A stretch of 64,000 nucleotides of DNA from the human T2T-CHM13v2.0 reference genome, Homo sapiens. The number at the start of each line of letters is the position of its first letter. Positions within the stretch are counted from its first letter, which is position 1. This document shows, piece by piece, positions 31,318-46,839 of this stretch. A program made the position numbers and the translations under genes. The stretch lies in the NCBI RefSeq assembly GCF_009914755.1, contig NC_060946.1; one strand, 5' to 3'. Under the pieces are notes generated by a model. That model did not search any database and was not told the origin of the DNA. It worked only from the letters and a program-made list of their open reading frames with translations.

Positions 31318-31910
31318 GATATGCTTTTATTTTGCTAGTAACAGACCCTGATTCAAACTGACTTAAATAATACAGAAGATTTATTAGCTCATATAGTAGA
31401 CAATAACACCAAACACATCAGGCTCTAAAATTTGTTGATTTATTGGTCAGCATTTTCATCAAGGATCCAGGCTTCTTCTCAATCTCTCTGCCATCCCCAG
31501 GGTTGTCTTCATCTTTAGGCTGGAGGTGTCATATCCAGATCCAGTGGTGTCTAGAGAAATGAGACTACTTGCCCTCTTTGCTCATTCATGTGCTCTTTTT
31601 TTTTTAAATCCTGTCTCTATACTCCCCCTCCCGGTATTCCCCATCTTTGATTGGAAATGAAGATTTTTTTTTCACTAGCGCACCTGCAGAATTCCCCTCC
31701 TGTTTTATATGCCTGAATTGGGTAGTGCCCATTTCTGAAGCAACCCCTGGCCAGGGAACTGAGACCACACTTAGACCAATTAGGATCAATTTCTGAACTC
31801 AGAGGGCTGGGTTTCCCATTGCCCTTGTCTTGTAGAGGAGGGGCCGGTCGCTGAACACAACTACTGTTCAGTTAGGGAGGAGGAGATGCAAAGGGAAGCA
31901 GCCAAGTGTA
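31318..31910 (-). mobile_element. Old MLT1 LTR
   Basis: atgcttttattttgctagtaacagacc...catcaaggatccaggc...ttagaccaattagg. Confidence 0.55.
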
Positions 31911-31948
31911 TCCACTATGCGTATGCATCAGTCCACGAAGATACTTAC

Positions 31949-32067
31949 CTTCGTGGAGGAAGTATGACGGAAAAATACCCTAAGATGAGAAGGAAGTTTC
32001 TAGGTCATATACTTGATGAAAAGATTTTGACTGAAGTCTGATTCCAAGTGAAACCCTTTCAGAGCTC
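31949..32067 (-). ncRNA. Candidate 119-nt non-coding exon
   Basis: Acceptor ggttctctttcccAG|g and consensus donor AAG|GTAAGTAT; stops in all three frames; no expression evidence. Confidence 0.35.
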
Positions 32068-32558
32068 CTGGGAAAGAGAACCAAATGCAGAGAGTAAACC
32101 AGGTAGGATGTGACCTCTGATGACAAGCACTTCTGAAATGGGACAGAGGCTGCACTGCCTGGCTGGCTCTTCTCATCTCTCTGTATGATGTGCTTGTTGT
32201 TTGTCATGGGATATAGCTTATTACGGTGATGGGTGTTGGGGGTGAAACTGTAGGAGGACTCTAAAGTGTCAGAGAAAAAGCAGAATTTTTTTGTGACTTG
32301 TGTAAGCCTCAGTTAAAATTCACCTAGTGAATCAGGCTGGAGATATTCATGGCCTTGTTTCCATGATGTCATGAGAAGAAAGGTTCCAATAAAATCTCCT
32401 AAGATTCTGCAAACCGGTTCACTCTCTGAATTCTCTTTATATTATTGTTTCCCCCAAAATGCTGGAAACCGAAAGAGGGTGTCCTTCCATAAGAAATGCA
32501 TGAATTTATTCTTGTATTCAATGAGCATTTAAACCACACAATAGTAATGATAGGTAAT

Positions 32559-33033
32559 TGTCTTAGTTTCCTAAGGTTGCTATAGCAAGGTACCACAATT
32601 GGGTGGCTTAACACAACAGAAACGTATTGTCTTATGACTCTGGAAGCTAAAAGTCTGAATCGAAGAGTCAACAGGACTGTGCTCTCTTTCTGGAGGCTCT
32701 GAAGAAGGCTCTTTCCTTGCTCCTTGGCTTCTGGTGTTTGACAACAATCCATGGTACTCCTTGGTTCATTGCAGATGCTCCAACCTTTCCCTCCCAATCG
32801 GCTCACACGGTGTTCTCCTGTGTCTTCATATTGTCTTCCCTATGTATGTATATATTCCCAAAGTTCTCTTTCTTATATGGTCATCAGTCATATTAGATTA
32901 GGGCCTACCCCAATGACTTCATTTTAATTTGAATACATCTGCAAAGACCTTATTTCCAAATAAAGTCATATCCACAGATACTTGGGGTTAGGTTCATATA
33001 ACTTTTTGGAGGGATACCATTTAACTTATGACA
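32559..33033 (-). mobile_element. MLT1B/C solo LTR inserted in a MIR
   Basis: tgtcttagtttcctaaggttgctatagcaaggtaccac...catctgcaaagaccttatttccaaataa...gaca. Confidence 0.88.
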
Positions 33034-33250
33034 TGTTATATACAGACACTGTTCTAAGTGCTTTATATACTTCTCACAAAAGCTCTGTGAGATAATTCCT
33101 TTTATTTTTACTTTATAGGTGAAGAGATTGAATCTTAAAGATGTTTACTAACCAGTCCAAGGTCACACAGTTAATTAGCAGTGTTTTGGAATTTAAACCC
33201 ATGTAGTCTTAGTTCAGGGCCCATGATCATAACAACTACACTGTACTGCC
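33034..33250 (-). mobile_element. MIR
   Basis: acactgttctaagtgcttt...ccaaggtcacacag. Confidence 0.75.
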
Positions 33251-33699
33251 TCTTTATTATGCAGTATATATTACGTACTTTCTTAGTGTATGAAATAAGT
33301 TGCGTAGACCAGGGGCTTGGAGTTTAGATGACCAATGCATGTACGAGGAAGAGAGAATGAAGAGAAAGAATAGAGAGAAGAAAGATATGACTTTTCTATT
33401 ATTCATTTATTTTCTAGAAAATATTTACTGGATAGCTACTAGACATAAGGATGCAGAAATGAATTAGAAAAATTCCTCACCCTGTAAGTAAAATAAATTA
33501 AAATATATTTTATAAGAGAATCCCCATCAATCCACCTTAATCATTTGATGAATCAGATATCTTTTCTGTGCTAGAAATTGTGGGCCTTCAAATGAATGAT
33601 ACATTGATGCAATGATATATTGCCTTTAAGGAATTCTATGTGTAGTAGGAGAAGTAGAGAAATTTGTAGAAAACACTTTCATAAATATGTATCAAATAA

Positions 33700-33890
33700 T
33701 GTCCCATATGTATACGGGTTTATGCCATAACCATCACTGGATTCTCACAATACTTTAACGAGGAAAGTATTATTATCCCCATCTCACTAAAGAAAACAGG
33801 CAGAGAGGCAGTGAGATGCTCAAAGTCACACAGCCAGTACTTAGCAGAGTCAAGACTGCATGGCTGCAAGTCTAGCACTCTTTCCCCCTA
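33700..33890 (-). mobile_element. MIR
   Basis: tattattatccccat...ctcaaagtcacacagccagt. Confidence 0.7.
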
Positions 33891-34118
33891 ACCATAAAGC
33901 TGGATGGGATGAATGTCATCATGGAGATACAAAAAATGCCTCTCGGAAAATCCTATTGGCTGGTATGAGAGAGCACAGCCCTGAGTAGACAGGATACTGG
34001 CAAACACGTTGTGATAGTGGAGCAAAAGGAAGGCTCTGGGCCCTGGGCACCGTCTGGGCAGGACATACATTTAGCAGTGGCCATTTCATGGAACTGGGCT
34101 GAAGATTCAATCACATAA

Positions 34119-34680
<562 letters not shown>

Positions 34681-34994
34681 ACGGGCTACATTCATGCTAG
34701 AAAGCCCCTCGCTCCCATTACCATGAATCTGTGAATGAATAAAATAATAACAACTGTCAATTTTGGTGAAAATAAAGTAGTAAGCATTTTAATATTATTG
34801 AAAGTGATGATAAATTTAGACCCTATAGCCTGGAGACCTAGATATGTCCAAATCCTGTCTAAGGCCAATTACATAATCTTATAAGGAGAGTGATATGATC
34901 AAGGAAAGAAAGAAAAGTGATGTTTATTAGTTGGTGGGGCTTGGTCCTAAACCCTAAAGTTGAAGTCTAGTAGGGTGGGCTGGGTTATATAAGT

Positions 34995-35214
34995 CAGGGG
35001 CCAGCAAAATTTTTCAGTAAAGGAAAATATAATAAATATTTGTGGTCTTGCAGGCCATATGGTCTCCTGCAGATATTATACTTGACTCTGCCACTGGAGC
35101 AGAGAAGTATCCATAGTAGACAATTTGTAAATGAATGGGTATGGCAGTGTTCCAGTGAAACTTTATTTCCAAATACCCATGTTGGGCCCTGTTTGACCCA
35201 AGGGCCAACCCTTG
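34995..35214. mobile_element. MER58A-like hAT-Charlie fossil
   Basis: caggggccagcaaa...gtaaatgaatgggtatggcagtgttccagtgaaactttattt...gccaacccttg. Confidence 0.85.
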
Positions 35215-35739
35215 AAGCAGAAGCTTCTGTTTCTTTCTGTAAAGACAGCTTAGCAACCAAAACTGGAGCAGCAAAATGCTATGTCTCTTAAGCTCAGACC
35301 AGAGCATCAGAACATGCCACTGCAATGAGATGAGGCTTCTCTCCAGCTGTGGAGAATATAAAGTTGGGGAACAGAAGAAAACCATCAGCTACAATGCCTG
35401 GAACTGCCAGACTTAGTCTTTCTAACCGGGACCCGTAGACATTAGGAGAGAGAGAACTGGATTGAGAGCCTCGAATTCAGAGGCAGTCCCAGCCCTTACC
35501 CTAAAGATATAAAGAGGAGCAGAGACCTGGTTCATCTATACCTTAGAATGCATAGTCCAATTGTGCATTGGAATCTAATTCACCAGCTTGGCACCTCTCC
35601 TTTTGAAGGGGGTGGAGATATTTTTCCTAGATCCTGACTCACCCCTAAAGAGCATACATATGTATGCTGGGGAAAGTGGGGTGGGGAGGAAAGCAGGTAG
35701 CAACCAAAGCATGTTGAGTAACCTCTAGAGGTCAACACA

Positions 35740-35900
35740 TGCATTTTTATCATTTAATGCTTACATCACCATTACCCCTGGAAGGTAGGTATCATGCTCC
35801 TATTTTACAGACTAGAATACTGGGACTTCTTAGAGGCTAGGAGCCCTCCCTAAGGTCACCTGACTACAGACCAGCAGACCTGTTATTAGAATGTGCACCT
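35740..35900 (-). mobile_element. MIR
   Basis: tcatttaatgct...gaaggtaggtatcatgctcctattttacaga...cctaaggtcac. Confidence 0.65.
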
Positions 35901-36499
35901 CCAAAGCATATGCCTCTTCCCATGGCCCTAAGCCTTCTGAATAAGCAAGTAGCAGTGCTTGCTCTAAAAATGCTATTCTCAGTAGGAGAGCATGACTCTG
36001 TCTTTTCCCTGCAGTGTTCAAAGCTATGCTGGCTCTTAGAACATCTGAGCCCCCACTGTTTCATCTTTAGAGGATCCCAGCTGCTGGGGTGTGAGGCCAG
36101 TGCTGGAGCCAGCAGTCTCTGACCCAGAAGGGACCTGAGGTGCTAAAGAAAAGTAAGTTACCCTCTTTGCTAAGTCTCCAGACCTGCTTTGAGCATAACT
36201 GTGCTTATTGGTTACCACATTTGTATTTGGTGCAGGGAGTTGTACTTAGTGGCTGGAGTTCATATTTGGGACTAGAGATCCCGTAGGAATCTACAGAGGA
36301 GTTAAGAGTTTTAAGTCCTAAGGAGGCAATGTAAGCAGACTGAGGAATAGAAAGGAGAAAGCAAAAGGGGAAGAGAATTGATGGTAAACAGGGTACCTTT
36401 GGGGTCTTTCCAAAATGGAGAAGATTCAAAAGGTAAGGCTTCCAATGGTGGCTGCATTTGCCAGTACACATCTTCCATCCTCTCTTCTTCTGGCATTGG

Positions 36500-36995
36500 C
36501 TCCATTTCCTACACCCTGTCTATGTGATGTAAGTGGGAGTGGCCCCATCCTACCCAGATCCAGCAATGAGCACATGAGTCAGGCTTGGCCAGTCACTGAA
36601 GTGCCCCTGGTCAGCATGATTGGTTCATGCTTGAACACCTCACTTTAATTAGCCCAATTGGCATGAATTCCAGAACTTTTCAGGGATAATAAAAAACCAT
36701 AGCTCTTTTTTTTTTCCACAGGGATCATTATCTATAAAGATAATTTAAGCTTGGGGATGCAAGAATCTCCATGAGTGAAGGATTTAAGGGTGAAGCCAGC
36801 TCAGTGGGAAATAAAGCCAAGAAATGGGAAGGGGGTAGAAGGAGAGAGAAAGACAGACAGAGACAGAGAGGTAATTATGTAAGGAATTGGACCCAACATG
36901 ACTCAAATCAGCAAGCATCCTTTTCAGTTACAGAAGTCAATAATTATTTTGTTAGACTGAGATTTTCTGTCAATTGCTCCTGAAAGTGTTCTAGG
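36500..36995 (+). mobile_element. Old MLT1 LTR
   Basis: gcacatgagtcaggcttggccagtca...tgattggttca...ttttcagttacagaagtcaataa. Confidence 0.6.
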
Positions 36996-37014
36996 CTTGG
37001 ATGGGACATGCATG

Positions 37015-37395
37015 GTATCTTAGTCCATTTGGGCTGCTATAAGAAAAATACCACAGACTAAGCAGCTTGAACAACAAACACTTCTTTCTCACAGTTCTGG
37101 AGGCTGAGAAGTCCAAAACCAAGTCACCAGCAGATTCAGCGTCTGGTAATGGTCCACTTCTTGGTTCACAGATGGCTATCTTTTCACTGTGTCCTCACAT
37201 GGTGGAAGGGCCAAGGGAGCTCTATGGGGTCTCTTCTATAACAGCATTAACCCCGTTCGTGAGGGCTCCATCCTCATGACCTGATCACATACCAAAGTTG
37301 TTTTCACTTCCCAAAGACCCCACCTCCAAATACTATCACAATTGGGGTTAGATTTCAACCTATGAATTTGTGGGGGGCACACAATCTTTAGTCAG
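37015..37395 (-). mobile_element. MLT1A-like solo LTR
   Basis: tcttagtccatttgggctgctataag...ctcacagttctggaggctgagaagtccaa...atttcaacctatgaattt. Confidence 0.9.
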
Positions 37396-37509
37396 GGTTT
37401 GTGGGAACAATATGACCTTGGTCAGGTCCCTTTATCTTTGCACCTTATTTTCTCTTTGCCCAAATAAAGAATACTTGATATTCCAGATCAATTATTTTAT
37501 GAGTAATCA

Positions 37510-37750
37510 CAAATATTTCTAATATTCATTGGGTGCTTGCTATATGTGCAGTACTCAGCTATTTATGGTACTTATTACTCATAACAATCTTATGGGGTAC
37601 ATACTCTCATTATCCCGATTTGACAGATTAGTAAACTGAGGTGCAGACAGGCAAGTGATTCTTCCAGAGAGTAGGTAAATGGCGTACCTGAGATATGAGC
37701 CCAGTGGTCTGTCCCCGCAAACTGTGCTCTTAGTCACAACACTACTTTTT
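37510..37750 (-). mobile_element. MIR
   Basis: attatcccgatttgacagattagtaaactgagg. Confidence 0.7.
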
Positions 37751-38242
37751 CAGTATTTGAACAAAACATTCAAGAGCAAAACATTCTGGCAGATGCACAG
37801 CAGGTGGTGGGGCAAAAAGGGACCCGGATGGGGATCAAGAGGCTCACAAGATAGTCTCAGCTCTGCCGCTTAGTTTTCAATGCTGGACAGGTCCTCATTT
37901 ATTTTCATTTGTTCAACAAGGGAGGTGGACTAGATGTTCTTTAAGATTCTGTCTAGTTTTAACATTCTGTGATCAGTGACAGAAGATGTTAAATAGATCA
38001 TGTTGATTGTCATCTCATGTATTCATGGGATGTATTCAGACCCTGGGGTATTGGGCCCAGAGCTAATGTCGTGCTGACCACAGTAGCAAAAGAGCAACTC
38101 ACAAGCAAGTTTGCCTATGAACTTGCTTCTTTTAGAACCTAGGTCATTCAGCCTTTCTCATGGCCTTTTCTTGAGTTCAGGCCAATGGAGCATCCAGTTT
38201 CATAAACTATAGAGATTGTTTTGGGAAAAAGAAATGAAACCA

Positions 38243-38908
<666 letters not shown>

Positions 38909-39854
38909 TTATAATGACAGTTATGCTTTAAAAAACTCAGTAGCAAATATAGAAATATTCTTTAAAAATACAACAAAAAATTATTGTATTTCCGCTCTTC
39001 CTTTCTCTGTCCCTTTCTCCTTCCCATCCTCAAATATTTTCTTGAACATCCTTTATTTAGATAGATGTATTGCATCAAGCCTCTAGAGTCAGGCTGCCTG
39101 AATTTGAACCCCATCTCTGTTACGACGTCATTATGTAACTTTAGATAACTTATTTTTTATGGTATCCCCCTCCCTCCTTCTCCTCCCTCCTCCTTCCACC
39201 TCTCCCTCCCTCCTTCATTTACTTAATCTATTTTTTGTTTTAAAATAATTTTCTCCCCAGATTCCTCATGTTTTTGTTTGCATACCTTGAAATTTAAAAA
39301 TTAAGTTTAACTTGATATACTCAAATTACAATGCAATATTTTTTATACCTAGAGCTTGCATCTGGGAAAAATATTAAATTTTTACATTAATTTAATTGTG
39401 ATTCAGTTATTAAATTTAACAGACAAATTATAAAACCAAATTTTAAAAATAATGAGAATTTATTATTTACAAACATCATGCTTTATTTTTAATTTACTAT
39501 TTTATTAATGACGATTAAAATTTTCAACAATTGCAGTTTTGATAACCACTGTAATTTTTATTGTATATATTTAAGCTGTACAAAATGACACACACACACA
39601 TACTTACACACCTACACACACATAGTGAAGTGATTACTGCAGTGGAGTAAATTAAGATGTAAATAATCTCACATAGTTACTTTCTTTGTGCTAAGAGTAC
39701 CTAAAATCTCCTCTCTTTGCAAATATCCAGTGTAGAATACAATATTAACTACAGTCCTCACTAGATCGCTAGACTTATTCATCCTATGTGACTGCTACTT
39801 TTCACTCTTTGGCTTAGGTATCCCCAATCTCCCCTGCCTCTGCAACCACTTTTC

Positions 39855-40055
39855 TACCCTTCCTTCCTTTCCTCCTTACCTCCTTCCCTGCTTCCCTTCC
39901 TTCCCTCCCTCCCTCCCTTCCTTCTTTCCTTCCTTCCTTCCTTCCTTCCTCTCCCTCTCCCCCTTCCTCCTCCTTATCCCCCTCCCTCCTTCTCCTCCCT
40001 CCTCCCTCCTCCTCCCCCTCCCTCCTCCTCCTCCTTCTCCTTCTCCTTCTTCCTC
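39855..40055. repeat. About 200-bp C/T low-complexity tract
   Basis: (CCTT)n, (CCCT)n, (CCT)n. Confidence 0.92.
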
Positions 40056-40175
40056 TGTAGACATGAAGTCTCACTGTGTTGCCCAGGCTGGTTTTGAACT
40101 ACTGGCTTCAAGTGATCCTCCCACCTCTGATTCCCAAGGTGTTGGAATTACAGGCATGAGCCACCATGCTTGACC
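40056..40175 (-). mobile_element. Alu left monomer (FLAM-like)
   Basis: gtctcactgtgttgcccaggctggttttgaact...ggcatgagccaccatg. Confidence 0.85.
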
Positions 40176-40350
40176 TCTACTCTGTTTCTGTGTATCTATT
40201 TCTTTTTTTTTTTTTTTGGTAAGATTCCACAAGTAGTTGAGATCGTGACATTTTTCTTTCTATCTAGCTTGTTTTACTAGGCATAATCGTTTCATTCATG
40301 TTGTTTAAAGTGGCAGGATTTCCTTCCTTTTAAAGGCTGAATAATATTCC

Positions 40351-40352
<2 letters not shown>

Positions 40353-40404
<52 letters not shown>
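40353..40404. repeat. (TG)26 microsatellite
   Basis: Perfect dinucleotide run. Confidence 0.97.
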
Positions 40405-40408
<4 letters not shown>

Positions 40409-40932
40409 CCACATTTTCTTTATTCATTCATCTGTTAACACTTAGATGGTTTCCATATCTTGGCTATTGTGAATAATGCTGCAATGAACATTAGAGTGCA
40501 GACATCTTGACAAGATGGCGATTTCATTTCTGTGGGCTTTATACCCAGAAGGAGGATTAATGGGTCATATGATATGTCTTTAGGAACCTCTATATTGTTT
40601 TTTATTATAGCTGCACCAATCTGCATTTCCAACAACAGTGTACAAGAGTTCCCTTTTCTCCACACCCTTGCCAATGCTTGTTATCTTTTTTTTTTTTTTT
40701 TTTTTTTTAATACTGGTCATCCTAACAGGTGTGAGGTGATCCCATTGTGGTTTTGATTTGCATTTTCCTGAGATAACTTATTAAACCTTGCTGGCCCTCA
40801 GTTTTTTCACATGATGGATAGTAAGCTTCCTATAATGTTTAGATGTTGTTACAAAGCTGTAGAAAGAGTAAGATAGAAACTTGCCTTCTTGGAATACACA
40901 ATCTAGTAAAAGAGATAAAATTGCACTGATGG

Positions 40933-41320
40933 GTATTTCAGTCAGTTACTGCTGCGTATTTTGCTCACATATATGTTGAATTGGGTGGGGTTTGGCTAAT
41001 CTAGATTAGGCTAGGCTTGGTTCTATGCTATAGTTTGGATGCAGATACTCTCTTGTGCCTCTTGTCTTCCTTGGACCAACATCTGTCCTCAGGACATTCT
41101 CCTGGCAAAGAGCAGAAATGCAAAAGGCCAGGCCCAACTATGCAAGTGCACTTCAAGCCTCTTGTTATCATACATTCTCTAACAATCCTATTGGCCAAAG
41201 CAAGTCACCTATTCAAGCCCAAAGTGGAGTTCTCCTGGCTATGCCAAAAGTGTGGTTATATAACATTAATTACCAAAGGGAGATAAAACATTTGCAGCCG
41301 GCAATTCAACTTACATCCTG
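40933..41320 (-). mobile_element. Old MLT1 LTR
   Basis: ctaacaatcctattggccaaagcaagtcac...aagcccaaagt. Confidence 0.6.
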
Positions 41321-42029
41321 TTTATTTAATAACAAGTAGAAATTCAGGGGTATTGTAAGAGAGACATACATAGAAATGTCAAAATAGTTCAAAAGTAGAA
41401 GAATTCAATTCTAACTGTTATAGAGTTCCAGGGAAATATTGTGGAAAAGGGAGGGATTAAATCTTGCAAGATGGATTAAGAACTAGATTCTTAGCCATTG
41501 AAAAGGAAAATAAAAATCCAGGCTGAGAGACTAGTATCAGCAAAGGCATGAAACCAGGGGTATGTTCAGGAATAACGAGAAGTTTAACTTGATGAGGTTC
41601 ATAGAAGAAAGTTACGGTTATCAGGAAAGGTTGGGACCAGGAAAGGCTCTAATCAGTGCTTACTGACTGAATAAGGCCTGTGGCTTGGAAAGACCAGAAG
41701 GTTCTTTTTAGATATTCAGGAGCAAGTGGTCATCAATAACTTTTTCTAATGAGGGAAAACTTGATTGATGGTCCATACAGGCAAAATACAATGTAAGATG
41801 GCAGCCCCTTAAGAAGAGAGTAATGTTATGTATAGCCCTCAGCCTGGCTGGCAGCAACATTAACCATCTGGGCATGAGCACTGAGGGGTTCAGCCTAAAG
41901 AGGCCTCAGAAAGAAAGAATGATGAAGAAACCCATTTATTTTGCTTGCCCAGGAGAGGCTGGTTTTGGGTTTTCTTCTCAGTTTAGAAGGAGACATAGTC
42001 ATAGACGTTCATTGACTTAAAAGGTAGAA

Positions 42030-42210
42030 GAAAGAAAATGAGATTTAGAGTCAGATCATGAGGTTAAGTCTCAATTCCATCATTAACTGGCGGGGTGACC
42101 TTGGACACATTATTTCACTTTTTTGGACCTCAGTACCCTCATTCACAAAATGGGGGCTAACAATACTTACAGCTATCATAATAAGCAAACATGACAATAT
42201 GTAATATGGA
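42030..42210 (+). mobile_element. MIR
   Basis: gtgaccttggacac...cctcagtaccctcattcacaaaatgggg. Confidence 0.7.
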
Positions 42211-43090
42211 GTAACAGAGATATTTGTGGGAGAGGACTGTGGGTTAGGGAAAGAGGATTGAGGAAATCGGTGTTTATAGCAGCTAAAGGATTGATAAAGT
42301 GAGCTCAGCAGGGAGGAGAAGAAAATTTGACCAAAGCTGGGCAGTTTGGGTAGTTTTGTTCATCACCCGCTCCAAATTTTTTCTTATGTGCTTTTCTGTA
42401 TTTGACAGTTTGGCATCTAAAGACTGCTTCCTCAATTGAAGGTATAATTTTTGATGTAAGATTATCCCAGCCAGATACATGTGAGGCTTGGGTTCACAAC
42501 CAATGTAAGTGGAAGGAGGCAGAGGAAATAAATCAAGTGTTTATTTTGCCAGGATCTGGACTTACTCTGGCTCTAGAGGTCAACATTCTGATGGCAGCAT
42601 CCTGAACCCCAAACTTCCCTTAAGGAGAATCGTTCCTGGACCCATAAGTTTGGCATTGGGCCCCAGATGCCTAGATTATGGCTCACATGATGAGATCCTG
42701 GAAGCAGTACTTAGAACACTGGCTTTCTGTCTCCCTAACAGCCCCACTGTTGCAGAGTTTCTCTTGGCGAGTCAGTTCTGGGATGCTCTTCTAGAGACAT
42801 TCCAAATCATTTCTTACCTAGAACTTATTTCTTCAGCCGTTCTAATGATTTCATAAGCTTCTGATTTCCTGTCTCACATACACCCCCACCCCCTGCCTTT
42901 AAAAAAAATTAAACTGCATTAGTTTTTTCGTCACCTACCTTTGAAACCTTACTGGCATATTGGAGTGGCCACATCTCTAAAGGAATCGAAGGCTCCCATT
43001 TGGCTCAATTCTCCTCTGACTTCTTCAGGCTCTACTTCCAATAGCTTCCTTTAGATCTTCTGCTATTACCAGATGGCTTTCCCAAAATTA

Positions 43091-43830
<740 letters not shown>

Positions 43831-44774
43831 ACCCTGCCTCTTGCTACATACTGTGGTCAGATTTATCTTCTTAAAAGTAAATTACTAATCATATTTCTTG
43901 TGATTTCTAGTTTTAAAATAGTGAATATAGAGAGTATTTCTTCTTTGTCCTCTTGGAGATCACCCTCACAGCAACAAAGACCACCTGGAAAGAAAGGAGC
44001 TGTCCACTTCTGATGAAACCAAGGGACATCCATAACCCTAAACCACAATATATAGAGAATAGCTGCCACATGCAGTGAAGATCAAATAAGATGAGGAAGC
44101 ACAGGGAAAAGATGCTCAGAGCTGCAGATATCAGGAGAATATTGCCAAACACATTTCTCTAAATACCCGGCACACCCAGAGGGCAAACCCAGCAAGCCCT
44201 TATATGGTGCAATGGAAATGGTAGTGTGGTTGATGTCAGGAGCTTTGGTGGCCCAGTTTGGCCTAAAGAGAAGACAGGACTGAATAAAAAAATTCACATA
44301 GACGAATCGTAAATTCAGAAGACAGTCTGCATGTAAGGCAAGGCAGACAAAACATAGCCATCCCCCATCCTTTTTTTTTTTTTTGACCGAGCAAGTTGAA
44401 GGATGAAATGACATTTACTGGGATGTGGAAAACTGGTGGAGATGGAAACCAGCTGGATGAGGTCAAAAGAGAATGAGAGGTGAAGAAGTGCCCCCATGAG
44501 TTTCACGGTCTCAAAAAGCAGAGCTGCCAAACTGGCCAGCAGCAGACCTTAGACACATGAGTGAGCCCAACTAAGTGCAGTAGAAGAACTAGTTAGCTGA
44601 GCCTAACCAAGATTGATGACCATGAGTTTTGCTACAAAGGGGAACAGAGTAATAGGGTAGTGGCTGCAGGAAGATGTGACTGAGGAGCATAAGCAGGTTA
44701 GTGTGCTGACAGTAATTATCTATAGGAGAGATTTTGATAATGTAGGAATTAGGGAAGACAAATATGAAAACTAT

Positions 44775-45075
<301 letters not shown>

Positions 45076-45450
45076 CGTGGAGGTGAGACAAGATGGGATC
45101 CATTGTACAGGAGAAGGATTTGGCTTTTGATGGGAACATGTGCAGTTCATCTTTGGCAACAGAAGGAAACACAGTATATGAGAATGAACCTGATAGTTTC
45201 ATGTATGTGGTGGAAGGAGTATGTTGGAGTTCTCATTGCTTTTATTTTTTCAAATAAAGAAAGCATCATTATAAACTGAGAGTAAGGTAATGAAAGAGTT
45301 GTGGGAGATTTGCAGAGAAATAAGAAGAGGCAAAATTATTGTCTAGGAGGGCAGGAGAATGAAAGAGCTAATGAAATTATGATTACTGAGTGCTTTTAAA
45401 GGGCTGATGTGAATTTAGGGGTGATAAGCTTAAGGTGAACCCAGGCAGCA

Positions 45451-45492
45451 TGTGTGTGTGTGTGTGTGTGTGTGCGTGTGTGTGTGTGTGTG
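45451..45492. repeat. (TG)n microsatellite, one CG interruption
   Basis: Direct reading. Confidence 0.95.
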
Positions 45493-45794
45493 AAGTGGGA
45501 GTCAAATGGTGGTTGAATCAGTACATTGAAAGTCCTCATTAAATTAAGTAATTAGTGATGTTGAGATAATAGAATGAATGAGCAGGAAAGCTCAAAGAAA
45601 GTAAGACTAAAGATGCCTGAAACTGGGTTCAAGAACGTGGGGTGGGTGCAATTAATATTGATGATAAGATCTACCTGTGATTATAAGAATGAGCAACTAA
45701 GTTAAGTGGAGAATTAAACTACTGAAATAGAATAGACAGAGAACCTTGGAGACCATGGTACTGGGAAGATCACACATAAGAATATTGAAATTAT

Positions 45795-46108
<314 letters not shown>

Positions 46109-46839
46109 TCAGAATACTACTGCAGGGAGTTGCAATGGTCTTGAGGCTAAAATCCTTGAGGGATGAAGGGGATTGGCCTAGGTTTGTATAGATGACTACA
46201 AAAAGGAGAGGTAGTGAGTGATACAATCTGAGAGTATAATCTTCAAATCCAAGTTTTTTTTTTAAGGGGGAAGGGGTGTAAATTGTCTAAAAAAAGCAAC
46301 AATAAACAAAAGGGACAAACATCATACCTTCATGTTCAATGATATAGAGGAATATGGTGAAGATCAGCCACTTTTGGAAAGCTTTGTAGGAGATAAACTG
46401 TCCTTAGATGTAGCCAGGTTTCACTTAGAGGAGGAAGATGAAGGGATAATTCAGAGATGTTGAGAATATAAGAGATTTTGCTGATAATGGACTATGAGTT
46501 CCAGAGGACATTTTCCAGAAAAGAAGATAGGTGAGTGGTTAAAGAACATATTTTGCCATGTGGAATTGAGAGCCCAAATGATAAGCGATGATATGCAGAG
46601 AATCTTAGAATTCTGGTGGTATCTAACATAAATAGGAATATAGGGATGATGTGGATTTCCAAGGAAGTTTGTGGTGGTGAGGTTGGAAATGTTTTCTTTG
46701 CATGTAAGTGAGTGTGTGTTGAGGGGGCGGTGGTTGAACCGTTGATCTTTTCAAGATCAAGCAAAGTTCGATGGCTTTATAATTCTATCATAAAAGTAGT
46801 AAACTTTAAAAGACATTTTATTACTAGGTTTTAAAAAAC

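Larger units (their letters stand above)
39555..40772 (-). mobile_element. L1MA 3' end with internal Alu monomer and microsatellites
   Basis: attgtatatatttaagctgtaca...; ORF 40435-40674 (LMFIAALFTIAKIWK) is L1 ORF2 C-terminal sequence. Confidence 0.88.

Noticed and set aside
31941-31950. U1 snRNA pseudogene (ATACTTACCT)
   Set aside because: Match stops after 10 nt; better explained as a minus-strand splice donor
39814-40074. R/E/G-rich ORFs
   Set aside because: Translation of the purine-rich low-complexity tract
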